Source of the DNA: Takakia lepidozioides
Taxonomy: Eukaryota; Plantae; Bryophyta
Direction: 5' to 3'
Length of the DNA: 64,000 nucleotides
Assembly (NCBI GenBank): GCA_030704615.1
Contig: CM060732.1
Location: 26,474,001 to 26,538,000, forward strand
Below, piece by piece: positions 1 through 11,055 of this stretch. The notes beneath the pieces are model-generated. The model was not told where the DNA came from. It made no database searches and saw only the letters and a program-made list of their open reading frames with translations. Numbering within the stretch: position 1 is the stretch's first letter; the number at the start of each line of letters is the position of its first letter. The translations under genes were made by a program, and so were the position numbers.

Positions 1-70
1 CAGACCGTCCATTGGGCCCTCGATGGCCTGTGTGTTGGGCAGTAGGCTCTGTAAATTCACTGGACGTTAA

Positions 71-900
71 CCCCTAATGGACGAGGCAGTTTTTGGTGGC
101 CCCCTCCAATACAGGACATACCCTCACTAATGAGGGTATATCTCTCAAGAAACTAACATCCACAGGGATGAACCGTATGAATGGGAGGCTACCTACTTCA
201 TCCAGCTTCTACGAAAATTTCAGCTCATTCCACCGAATCGTTTGGAAGATTATAAGAAATTTGCAAGCCCAAAATTTGGGGTACACTCCAAATTTAGAGT
301 GGAAAAATGGTTTGACCAGGAAATTGGATCGACAAAATATTTTTTCCTCGCAAGACCCCATCCAGATTCCAATTATGTGGCACCTAAAGCATGTTGCCCC
401 AAAATTTCAATCTTGATAATGTTGCTTTGTATGGAAAAACAGGGGGGTCAAAACACACCATGAAGCTCAAATGACATGTAATTCCGGCTTAGGAGGTCGA
501 AATTTCTTTGGAATCATAGTTGCTGCGGTGAAAGTGTTCCTTGAATGATGAACTACTACCTCCAAAAAGAAATTCAGAATCCTAACAAAAATTCAGGCAG
601 AGATTTGCATTTGTTTCCATTTGTATTTTTGCCTCGTTGTCACCCCTTTAGCCTGCCATGTCACTAGTCAAAGCTGCTGGACGACTAATTTTGGGCACCC
701 CTGCACACTAAAAAAATTACTGAAGGCAGGTCTTTCATTATTTTAGGGTGCCATAAAGACGGGCAGGTGCATGACATCAAGGTGCACAACTTTCGTTCAG
801 AAAGTTTTTTCATCCAAGGTCATCCAACGATTTGCCATCGTGGATGATTTCTGACGCGACCCTGACGCGACCCGAAACGGGTCGTCTCGTCCATTAGGGG
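71..900. mobile_element. Non-autonomous TIR element with TTAA target duplication (piggyBac-like MITE)
   Basis: TTAA (67-70) + CCCCTAATGGACGAG ... CTCGTCCATTAGGGG + TTAA (901-904): perfect 15-bp TIR. Subterminal palindrome CGACCCGAAACGGGTCG and tandem CTGACGCGACC near the right end. No transposase ORF. Confidence 0.8.
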
Positions 901-1019
901 TTAAAAAATCTTTATCTTTATCTTTATCTTTATCTCTTGGGTCAAGATTATGTCAATCTCGGCTTCCATGCAGTATCCCCATAAGCCGCGTCCGCTCACC
1001 TTGCGGGTGCAGCAGCCGC

Positions 1020-1460
1020 GGCCCAGCTGCCGCGCTTGCGGCAGCTCCCCCATGCCCGCAGTCCGCCGCGGTCGGTCCGCTGAGCCAGTCCCCTCACGTC
1101 CACTCTGCCAGTCTGCCCGCCAGTCCGCTGCCCATGAGTCCGCTTCCCTCTAGTCTGCCCGTCCACCAGTACGCTGGTGGGCGTTCCCTGAGCCAGTCCG
1201 ACGACGACGCCCGATCTGGGCCATCCATCTCAAAACCCATCCAAGCCCTCCATTTTTAGGGCCTAAACCCTGCGACCAAATCCGGCCTGTCTCTACTGAG
1301 GGCTCGTTGTTGTCCGATGTTGCGGTAGGCGTTTCCATGCACGCCCGTCTTCTTTTTGTGCACGAGCGACGTTCATGATGATGAGGGGTGTGCTTGAACA
1401 TGGCAGGACTGGCGGGGCGGGCTCTACAGTCACCATCATGCATATGCTTCCACTATTTTT
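1020..1460 (+). repeat. GC-rich dispersed repeat, diverged inverted copy of ~13400-13830
   Basis: Blocks such as TCTGCCAGTCTGCCCGCCAGTCCGCT, CCAGTACGCTGGTGG and GCCCTCCA.TTTTAGGGC match the reverse complement of 13605-13780. Confidence 0.7.
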
Positions 1461-1579
1461 GCCTGTTTGTTGTGCTTTACGGAATCTTGGGCTTTGTGAT
1501 ATGGTTGTATGTTAGAAATATGCTACTGCCTTATCTGTCTTCCATATCGTCATCTGCTTCTGATCCCTCATGATACGCT

Positions 1580-1757
1580 TGTCGTGCACATACATATCAC
1601 TACACAACTACATTGCTGTCCAAAACCACACAACACATGTGCACACCACACACTAGTATACCACTAGTCCACCACTAGTCCAGCCATTAGTCCAACCACT
1701 AGGCTGTCACTAGTCAGTCTCTAGGCCGCCCACTATGGCAGTCACTAGTCCACCACA
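1580..1757 (-). repeat. Putative 3' LTR (~178 bp) of the DNMT-carrying Ty3/gypsy element
   Basis: On the minus strand it starts TGTGGTGGAC and ends GTGCACGACA (TG..CA, 8/10 terminal inverted match). It directly follows a purine tract (AGGGGGGCGAT, ~1758-1768) downstream of the pol stop. No second LTR was found in the window. Confidence 0.65.
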
Positions 1758-2009
1758 ATCGCCCCCCTAGCTAGGTGCTTAGGTCCTTCTGGTAGCCACA
1801 AGATGTGATAGTGACTGTAGCCTCACTAAGTCCTCCACCACTGTCCCTACTACACTCAAATTCGATAGATCAAGAGGCCGTACAAGAGTTGCCCCATCGT
1901 TAGTCGTCGTCTTGCAACCGGTGAACTTAAGCCTGTGATCTCGTGTATTGACTCCTATGAGTTTGGCCTCCCATGTCTTGTTAGTTGTCTCTAGTCATGT
2001 CCACTGCCA

Positions 2010-2160
2010 CTATCCCAAGCAATGTGGACACAACCAATCTTCATCAGGAACCTTCTCAAGAGGTGGTGTCAAGCATCCCATGTGCCAACTTCTTGAGCAT
2101 CGATCACACACCAGCATGGTGGCTGCCCCTTTGGCAGACCCACAGAGCATGCACCTCAAA
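2010..2160 (-). pseudogene. PHD finger at the C-terminus of the gypsy integrase
   Basis: CMLC...MLVCDRCSRSWHMGCLTPPLEKVPDEDWLCPHC is a canonical C4-H-C3 PHD; it is frameshifted from the integrase ORF at ~2240. Confidence 0.9.
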
Positions 2161-2233
2161 TCTGGAAGGTAACACTGCCATGTTTGGGTCAAGTACTCTG
2201 CCATCGACATTGGGAAGGTGACATGGCGCACAA

Positions 2234-3330
2234 TTACGCACAATTACGCACATGGTCTTTCCAAGTGATGCCATCCCGACCCTCCAAGATCAGGACTCCT
2301 GAGGGCAACACCTCTCGAACCCTCAAAATAACACGCCCTGCAGTGACATCCAGGGTCGTAGGATCAGTCTGCTGCAAATAAACATAGTCACCAGGGCTAA
2401 GCCTCCGAACCCCATGACGATATCCTCCACCACATATAGTGGCATACCTCAATGTATCACAGTGCTGTGCGATGGCAAGGTTTTCAAAAGATATGGGCAT
2501 GACTTTCTTGAACAACTCTGCACGCTGATCACATGCACGTACCCACACGTCCGGATCGTCAAGGTTAAGGACTTGAGCAATGTCCCTATGAATGGCTACA
2601 GACAAATCCGGCTCTCGGCCAAAGAGAAGAAAATATGGTGAGAAGGAGGCAAGTGATGCTTGCTTGCTGAACCGGTAGCCCATGGCTAACCAAGGTACCT
2701 GAAGATCCCAATCTCCTAGGTGTCCCTTCTGCAAGCCATACTTGCGCAAACCCCTCTTCACCGTCTGAACAACTCTCTCTGCCAAGCCATTGGCCTCAGG
2801 ATGATCCCGAGAAGTGGTGCGGTGGTCTATCAAGGCTTTATCACACAAAGCCTGAAACTCCCCCAAGAACTCTCTTCCTTGGTCCGTGAGTACCTCAGCT
2901 GGAGCACCGAATCGGTTAAGCACACGATCCAAGAATGCATACGCAGCCCCCTCACTAGCTTTGTCAGGCAATGGAACCAACTCAATTCACTTGGAGAAGT
3001 ACTCCACCATCACCAACACATATTTGTGGTGGCGCATAGTCAGTGGCAACGGTCCTGCGAAGTCAAGACTCCACCTGTAGCCCAATCCCATGATTGGTAA
3101 AGGATGCAACTGTGGTATAGGGGTGTTGAATGAAGCACGCACCCTGTCACACACCATGCACCTAGCCACGAACTGTTGCACCTCTGTATGCATACCACGC
3201 CACCAATACTGCCCCTGCAGTAAACTGTGAGTGCGTCGCACTCCAAAATGCCCCAACTCCTCATGGGCATGCCGCACTAACCGTGCACGCTGTGTTGGGT
3301 GAGGCACAATCCTCACCCTACCATCCTCCC
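2234..3330 (-). pseudogene. Gypsy integrase (HHCC zinc finger + DDE core)
   Basis: HEELGHFG...CMVC; WSLDFAGPLP, VLTDQGREF, HPEANGLAER; one in-frame stop at ~2987. Confidence 0.93.
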
Positions 3331-3617
3331 ACACTCGAAGCAGGTGTATCCCCTCCCACTTGAACCTCTTGGCTCGTTGCAGGATCCGATCCCTCTCCCT
3401 GGCAGTCACAGTGGCTGCCGTATCTCCCGTGCGGAGATAGTCCAACACAGCCGAATCCTCATGTATATCTCTAGCACCACCTGGCTCATCACTAGCCTCA
3501 GGGTCCTCAGACACTCCGTCTACAGTCATCCCTGTTGTAGGTCCAACCTGACCTCTCGATGCCAAGATACACAAAAAGACAGATGCATGCTATTCTGACA
3601 CCATCTCCTCGTCCGTC

Positions 3618-4982
3618 TCACCATGCCACCGATCCAGTGTCATCCTGTTGGCTCGTGCATGGATTGCAACTCAATCCATCCGCATCCCTATTGACCAAAC
3701 CCGGTCGATACACAACCTGAAGTATGAGTGCCCACCGTGCAAGCTTCCCTGTAAGTTTGTCTGACTCCATCAACCACTTGAGTGGCTGGTGATCCGTGAC
3801 AAGGGTGAAGAGATTGCCATATAGATAGCACCTGAAGTGTGTCACGGCCCACACTGCAGCTAAGCACTCTCCCTCATATGAGCTGTACTTAGCCTCTGCA
3901 GCGTTGTTTGAGCGGCTAGCATAAGCCACTACGACCTCTCTTCCCTCTTCATCCAGCTGTGTGAACACCGCTCCAAGCCCCAGCATGCTCCAATCCGTAT
4001 GCAGCTGAAAGGGACGCCCCCTGATAGGTCGTCTTAGGATAGACGCCAAGGTCAACCTTGCCTTGAGCTCTTGAAAAGCTCGTTCCTGCTCATCTTCCCA
4101 CTGCCATTCCCGGTCCACCTTGGTCAGCTTGGTTAGAGCCTTTGCGATAACATTAAATCCCTTGACAAACCGTCTATAATAGTTTGCTAACCCCATGAAA
4201 GCTCGAACTCGGCTCACATCCGTGGGGCGTGGAATTTGTGCAATGGCCTCTGCTTTAGTCTGCTGTACCCCCAATCCTCCAGGATATATCATGTGACCCA
4301 GATACTCAATCTGGTTGTGGAAAAACTTGCACTTCCCCGGATGCAACTTCAATCCGTGTGCTCTCAAGCGCTCCAATACCACCTGAAGATCTCTCTCATG
4401 CTCTTCCACCGTAGCACTAAAGATGATGATGTCATATACGTAGCACCGAGCAAAGTCCACCCCTGCTAGAATTCTATCCATGACTCTCTGAAACTCTGCA
4501 GGACCGTTCTTAAGCCCAAATGGTAAGAACCGCCACTGATATAGACAATTTTTGCCGTGCTCATTGATCCCCCAGAATATCGTCTTCTGCTTGTCCGCCT
4601 CCTTGATCGGCAACTGGTGATATCCGGATCGTAAATCCAAAGTGCTAAAGACCTTAGCATCCCCGATGGCATCAAAGATCTCCTCTGGTGTTGGCATGAC
4701 ATACTTATCGGACTTGGTCTGACAATTTACAGGCCGGTAATCACCGCACATACGTCTCTCCATCCAATTGCCATAGACATCCTTCTTGGCTGGCATCACT
4801 GTGGCTGAAGCATACTCTCCACCAGAGAGCTCCACCAAACCAGCCTCCCAGAGATCTTGAGTCCTCATCTGAATCAAAGCCCTCTCCATGTCACTGTATC
4901 TATAGGGTCTCCGAAAGATTGGCGTGTCAGTGGCCAACTCAATACGAATCTCTTGACCCTTCAGTGCTCCCAAGTCCTTCAA
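3618..4982 (-). pseudogene. Gypsy reverse transcriptase + RNase H
   Basis: RMCGDYRPVN, FSTLDLRSGYHQ, LPFGLKNGPAEFQR; the YxDD motif reads YVYD (~4431-4443). RNase H motifs LHTDWS, YEGECLA, TDHQPL. Confidence 0.95.
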
Positions 4983-5453
4983 ACTGAAGGCAAAGCAATT
5001 CCTATAAGCCCTCAGGAACCGCCGTATACGTCGTCTCTCTCCTCCGGTGATAATGGGTCAAATGTCAGGCTCCCAATTGTCCTCCGTAACTGCAACCTTA
5101 AGTCCAGTGGGCTTAGAGGTAGAGGACGCGTCCAGTGGTTGTTATGTTGCAACCTCTTGAGCAGTACTCTCTACCTGCTCAGTCAATGACAAGGCCTCAT
5201 CCTGCCCCATCATCTCATCCTCGAAGACTTCCTCAACCCGAGAAAAATCCCCAACCTCATCCATCACCGCCACCTTGGCTGCCAACTCCCTCTGAACCTC
5301 GAGCACCTCCCAGGTGTGCCATGGATGTCTGCACCCCGTGGTCCTCACATGCTCGCCTCCACTCACTGTCTGTACCGTCTCGGTAGGCAGAGAAACCATC
5401 AAGGGAAGTGTATTCCGCACTCTGCGTTGCTCAGCCATAGCCAAGCTGATAAT

Positions 5454-7700
5454 CTAGGTCAAGCAATTGAGATCCATTGCTTGCCCCAACACCTGATGAC
5501 GTGATGCCTCAGAAAGAGACGGCACTGCCGTGGTACCAGTGGTAAAACCCATCGCCCGCTCACGCTCGTCAGCATTAGGCTCCACTAATTGCTGTAACTG
5601 AGCATCCCACAGGAGGTCAGGTCCACTATCCCGGAAAGCATGCGATCCTGGGAAGCTGAGCAGTGTGGGTAATGCTGCTCGTGGTTGATCCACCTTGTTG
5701 ACCACTGCCAAAAGCGAACGGTCATTGTGTCTTACACGCTGAGACTGTCTCCCTGTGTCCAAAATGCTATCCACTGTGAGGTGTGCTGGCCGTTGCATCC
5801 CATCAAATGCACGCTTGAGTAGTGCGGGTGGCATCAAGTTACTCCACCATAGCCGTGGACGATGAGCCCGTGATCCCACTACAGCTACATCCAACAACAC
5901 TGCACCCAAGCCACGACCGGACTTGATGCACACTAGCGATAACCCTGGCCCGAGAATCGCCCATCAGTGACACATTCTCTAAGATGTATGCTGGAGATAC
6001 AGCTTGATGAAGCTACAACGCAAAACCCGCACCATCTCCCAAAACAGACCCGACCTTGAGTCTCGCAATCCATTGTCATGCCCGGCTGATGAATGCCCTT
6101 GGCAGGGCCAACCTGCCACTATCAGATCAATGGAGCCAACCCGCTCCAAATCCTGCGCCCCCAGCAATGAAATGTCTGCTAGTAAGGCCTGCTGATATCC
6201 ACGAACCGCAGACACCGGCAACAACTCAGGGTACTGCTAGTCCGTGAGTGACTCACGTGAGCGGAAAGATGCATAAGCGGGAAGATGTCAATCCGTGAGC
6301 GGGAAGATGCTCACGTAATAGGGTGCATAGGCCTACAATCGCGGATGAGGAGGCCCCGTGAGACCTATTTCCGCGGGAATGAGTGTACATATCATGCGTA
6401 CTTGGATGAATGTTGGATGAATGATGGATAAATAATTCATGAATGGTTGAATGCGAGATGGCTGATGGATAGACATATGCTTCGCAATGCATGAACAATG
6501 GATAAGTGGATGGTTAAAGACTGGATGTATTATCGAGGGTCATCGCTCAGGTACTTCCCCGAAATGAGGATATGGTAGATGTACCTGAACCATACATTCA
6601 GAAAACACAGATGCAGCGGGTGCTTGTTAATTCCCATTAAACCCCCTTGTAATCAATGTCGCGTTGATGCAAGGTTGATCCATGAACTTCCCAAAAGACT
6701 AGAAGACACGAAACACTAAGCAAGACGAAGATTTATTTCCCGAAAGAGACGATTGAAATCCATAGCATAATCAAGGTTGCGTAAACGCAACCTTGATTGT
6801 GTCCCATACAAAATGCAAAAAATAGTGTCAAAATGATGCTTTCATTTCTCAAATCAAGGTTGCGTCAACGCAAGGTTGATTTGCCCATACAAAATGCAAA
6901 AAACAGTGCAAAAATGATGTTTTTTTTTTTTTTTTTTTGGAAAAATGATGCTTTCATTTCTCATATCAACCTTGCGTTGACGCAAGGTTGATTTGCATGA
7001 CCCCAAAATATAATAATAATAATAATAATAAAAACCGCGAAAAAAAAAAATCGTAGGATGCAAATCAACTTTGCGTTGACACAACCTTGATTTGAGAAAT
7101 GAAAGCATCCTTTAATAAATTTTATAAATAAAAAAATAAAAATAAAAATAAAAACCATAATCATCCACTTCCACTCGGAAATCAACCTCGCGTTGACACA
7201 ATGTTGATTTCAAGTTCTCCGAAATTAACCTCATGTTGCTGTCATCCATGCTTTATTCATCTATCTTTTATCATCCTGCATTCATCCTACATTCATCCAT
7301 TCCACATAGCCATTAATCCTTAAGAATTTCGTCACACATTCCTCTCAAATTTTCATGCATGGAACTCGACGTCTTAGGTCCCATGCATCGTATGTTACCC
7401 TCCGTTCCACTCAACATTGCCCCAACGACAATAAGTCCTGCTTTTCCCACGGCTATAGGCTCCGCTTCCCTTATGTGCTCATGCTTAAGAAATCTGCTCA
7501 CGCTTAAGGGATCTGCTCACGCTTAGTGCGCTAAGCGTGAGCGCGCTCACACGCTAGCTTCCCTCTGGAGCAATATGACAAAGTGAAACGCGTCGTGCAG
7601 TCTCATCCCTCTCCACATACAGGTAACGCCGAACTCGCACACCTGCCTGTAACACCGCAACTAACCGCCAAACAAGTCCAGAAGACAAATGCCTTCATCC
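5454..7700 (-). pseudogene. DNMT3-like C5 cytosine DNA methyltransferase domain inside pol, split by the insertion at 6240-7554
   Basis: Motif I LLDLFGG (~7664-7684), II RYLYVERD, IV DLIVAGWPCQG (GWPCQ 6099-6113), VI YILENV (ENV 5971-5979), VIII AHRPRLWWSN, IX ERERAMGF, X LGQAMD, all in canonical order. Confidence 0.9.
6240..7554. mobile_element. Non-autonomous insertion at GCTAGC (TA duplicated) with an internal palindrome array
   Basis: Flanks read gcTA|GTCCGTGAG ... CTCACACGC|TAgc. Removing it rejoins the DNMT coding sequence. It holds about six ~30-bp palindromes of type AATCAAGGTTGCGTnnACGCAACCTTGATT (6650-7210). Confidence 0.8.
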
Positions 7701-8039
7701 GGATACTGCCATACAATAGGTGTGGTGTCCAATGGAGACAATTGAGGTGGTCCTGGTGCAATCCCCGCACTCTCCTCCTCTCCTGATGGTACAAAAGCCT
7801 CTACCCAGGCTTGTTGCACCCATCGATCAGCAACCTGCTGCAAATCCTTGCTCGTGCCCCACAATGGAGTCTGAGCAATTATGGCAGACGACTCCGCCAT
7901 ATCATATATATCATCCTGCTCTCCCGGAGGTGACACATCCTCTGAATGAGCGTTGCCCTCAAGCAACTCTCTAGGCCAACTCACTGCAGCTGTGAATGCT
8001 ACTAGTGTCGACATCTTACCTCGCTGGGCAATCACAACT

Positions 8040-8470
8040 CCTCATATGAATGTCACAGGGAGCTGCACACGCCGGCCCTCCCCTGACTGCCATCCAGGCA
8101 TATATGAAGCTGACTCCTCCCAAAAATCCAGGGTGAAGCCCATGGGGTACAACACTACCCCACCAACCAGGACACTGCGTCTGTCACAATGGCCTTGGCT
8201 CGCATCACTGAGCCATCTGTAGGGTGATCCGGCCGTAGTCTAATAGCCAACTCACGCCGTGTCATGCCCCGAGCCTGCTCCGATCCTCCCAGAGATGTAT
8301 GTATCTGGAAATGACAAGGCTCCATATCCGCCTCCGTGAAGCCCAAGCCTGCAATAGCAGCTCTGCCCAGCATCAATGGCTGAGCTATCGAGTCCAACAA
8401 GACTCATAGTGGCAAGTATCTCTTGCCTGCCGGTCCACTCAAACAGAAAATGTCATCCTGGTTGTCTAAC
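8040..8470 (-). pseudogene. Retroviral-type aspartic protease of the gypsy element
   Basis: VLLDSIAQPLMLG (second copy VLLDSRAQPLMLG, a degenerate DSG) followed by the D.L.G..LYPMGF C-terminal motif. Confidence 0.75.
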
Positions 8471-8879
8471 ATGACAACCCCAGGTATCACCATGGCGCGC
8501 TCAATGGCTGGCCTAGTTGGCAGCTCCGCCAACCTGGCAGCTGCAGCTTGCCATGGCGCCGCCGTGGCAGTCTTGATCCTCACATCCGAGGATCCCTCCG
8601 TCACTACACCTCCCACTATCTCCGCAGAAGATGAAGTAACCTCCCCACTCTCACAGAGTGTAACTGCCAGCCTGAACACCTCAGCTGGTCTTACCCCCAG
8701 CGTCGCAATCATGATAGCCGAGAACAATGGAGCCTGACACACAGATATGGCCGCCCCCAGCAGTACACTAGCTGCCGTAGCCTTGGCAGCAGGTAGTGGT
8801 GCTGCCCGTGTGGCTCTCCCCAATGGCACAGTAATCTCCGCCTCGGTAGCAGTCGGGCGAGAACTAGGTACCATGGATT

Positions 8880-11000
8880 CTCCTTGCAACCCACCGAAGC
8901 GCTCTTTTTGGGTGGCGTGGTCCACCTCTACAGTACATGAGATCTCCCATATCCTTCAACAAGTTTGCAGCGGTGGTAGGATCCTTTGTTTTCTTGCATG
9001 ATTACTTTGCCCAAGCCTTGCGGACATGCCAAAGGCACATGAATATGAGTACTCTGTCAAAAACAATTATGCACAATACATATGTGCATATTAGACTCTT
9101 GAGAGGGGACTGCACCAGTGGACTGTACCTGCGGCGGCGAGTATGAGTGGACTGGACCAGCGGACAGACAGAATGGAGTGTCTTACTAGACAGTACCATG
9201 CAATGACCTTCACAGGACGACTAAGCAGGAGGAGTATCGAGGACCTCTGTCCAGTGTACTTCCCCGACAGACTGTATCGGCGAACTGTATCAGTAGACTG
9301 TACCAGCGGACTGCAGCAGTGGACTAACTTTCTGCACTATCCAGTGGACTGACCCAGTGGACAATACAATGCACTCCAATGCACATCCACTACAAGGATG
9401 GCTGACCCATTTCCCATTACCAAAAGAACTTCTCAGTGGACTTCCGCGTTAGGATGTTCCAGCAGACTGTATGAGCGGACTGCGAGCAAACTGCCACTGG
9501 ACTGCCAGCGGACTAGTCTATAGCAATGGACTGGCATTGTGGACTTCAACAATGGACCGGCGTTGTGAGACAGCAGACTTACCGAATTGCGTTAATTTCT
9601 GCTTCGGCATCGTCCACAATGAAGGCATTGGGTCGTCAGTTAGGCATAGCTCCGAGGAGTGAATCGCGCAAGGCTACCATCCACGGCACCAGGTCAGTGG
9701 TCCGATTCCTTGCGGATATGATATAGGCAACTGGTATACCGTTCAACCACTCATCAAACACCATCAACGTGTACAATGGGAACTGTTCGAATGACAGATG
9801 GTCAGAGCATGCAAAGTCTGACAAATTGTGCACGACAAGACTCGGTTTTTCGCAGAGTACACATGAAAACATACATAGAGGATCAGCGATGGCACACACA
9901 ATTTCTACGCCAATGTTGCATGGTACTATGCTATGCTGCTCCCACAAGTCCATGGAATCGAATGAATAATACGTCATGATTTGTTCCAAAGGTTGCATCG
10001 CATGCAACGATGCGGGCATGTCCTAATTCCAACATTCGTCGTTTTTGCCAAGGAGTCTGAATGCGGCCTATTGTGAAGGTCAAATCACCATCAAAATGCT
10101 TGTATGTTGGCGCCAAAGTTTCTTCTTGATAGAAGAAGACGGACTTCGGATTTTGGTCTTTCCACATACGTACACTCTCGGCATCATCGGCGTGCTTTTT
10201 GAAGGTTAACCACGCCCGCTTCTCGGCTAGGTTGCGGACATCTTGCTCCAAAATGAAATCATCTCGTGTCCATGCATCTCCCAACCCAGTGTTGTTCATG
10301 ACGTGCTCTTTATGTTCCATCATGATTTGGGCGACAGACAGGCCTCGGCACAAACATTCGACGACCCAGGCTTTCAATTCCTCACTAATGTGTGGTGCAT
10401 AGGCGTGGCGGGTGTTCCTGAATTCCGCCGACTTCCCATGCGAGGCTTTCTCTTTGGTGTCTGTATGCTCCATGTTGTTGTACACATATGTCGAGGACGA
10501 GGTAGCTTTGCTAGACCTTGAAACAGCATTGGCAACCACGCTTGTAAGACTCTCCATACTCCGACTTTTTTCTCTTTGGGCCTTTATGAGGGTGAGATGT
10601 TCCAGCACCCACAAGAGATCCTCCTCGCTTCACTTTTAGATCCTCCACTATTGCAATGTTGGTGCGCTTGTCATCCGGACCGTAGCAGCATTGATAAGTG
10701 GACATAAAATTCGAAATCGGTATCCATCCACTTCTGCAAGCATGAAATCACATGCGAAACAAAAATGGCAACACACATGCAATGATTGTACAAAAGGACG
10801 TGAGGATGGTGCACACATGGTACTGTTCAGGAATGTGTTGCCTCTGGGCTCTTTTCGCATGCCGGGTTCCACTTTAGTATGGACACTAACCCAAAACTGA
10901 GTGGGGTAGTCTACCAAACTCTCATCTCCAAGGATAAAGTGATCAACTCTATCCCAAGGTAAGCAGACCTTCTAAACATTCACTCGCACACCCATATACC
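8880..11000 (-). pseudogene. MULE-type transposase of the At1g60560 / SWIM-protein class, intron-containing, 3' truncated
   Basis: YQCCYGPDD, APHISEELK, RDDFILEQDVRN, IQTPWQ...IVACDATFGTN, PLYTLMVFD..NGIPVAYII, PNAFIVDDAEAEINAIR, CLWHVRKAW; contains stops and frameshifts. Confidence 0.8.
9105..9560 (+). repeat. Degenerate short-motif repeat (CAGTGGACT/CAGCGGACT) within an intron of the MULE gene
   Basis: Many irregularly spaced copies of (C)AG(T/C)GGACT between the GT donor at ~9580 and the next exon at ~9065. Confidence 0.65.
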
Positions 11001-11055
11001 CATATTGCGTGTCATTTTTCCAATGGAGGTCCTTCCTATTGAAGTAGCGTAGCTA

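Larger units (their letters stand above)
1580..8879 (-). mobile_element. Degenerate Ty3/gypsy LTR retrotransposon: PR - C5 DNA methyltransferase - RT - RNase H - IN - PHD; gag and 5' LTR lost
   Basis: Collinear minus-strand ORF fragments in gypsy order (RT-RH-IN), with stops and frameshifts, a PPT and a 3' LTR. Homology to the second copy ends at CCATGGAT (~8879). Confidence 0.93.

Noticed and set aside
6650-7210. CRISPR-like look (palindromic ~30-bp repeats with spacers)
   Set aside because: Repeats are degenerate and in mixed orientation, spacers are A/T-rich and related to each other, no cas genes are present, and the context is eukaryotic.
7514-7557. Helitron-like 3' end (12-bp hairpin then CTAG)
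   Set aside because: CTAG is followed by C, not T; the target is duplicated; and the other end has an inverted GTGAG motif.
5454-7700. Host DNMT3/DRM gene or bacterial contaminant
   Set aside because: No introns or host N-terminal domains; it is collinear with protease and RT on the same strand and is itself interrupted by an element whose relative lies elsewhere in the window.
8404-8925. ORF start MDHATQKERF as the gypsy N-terminus
   Set aside because: The first ~15 codons are MULE sequence read in another frame; homology to copy 2 ends at ~8879.
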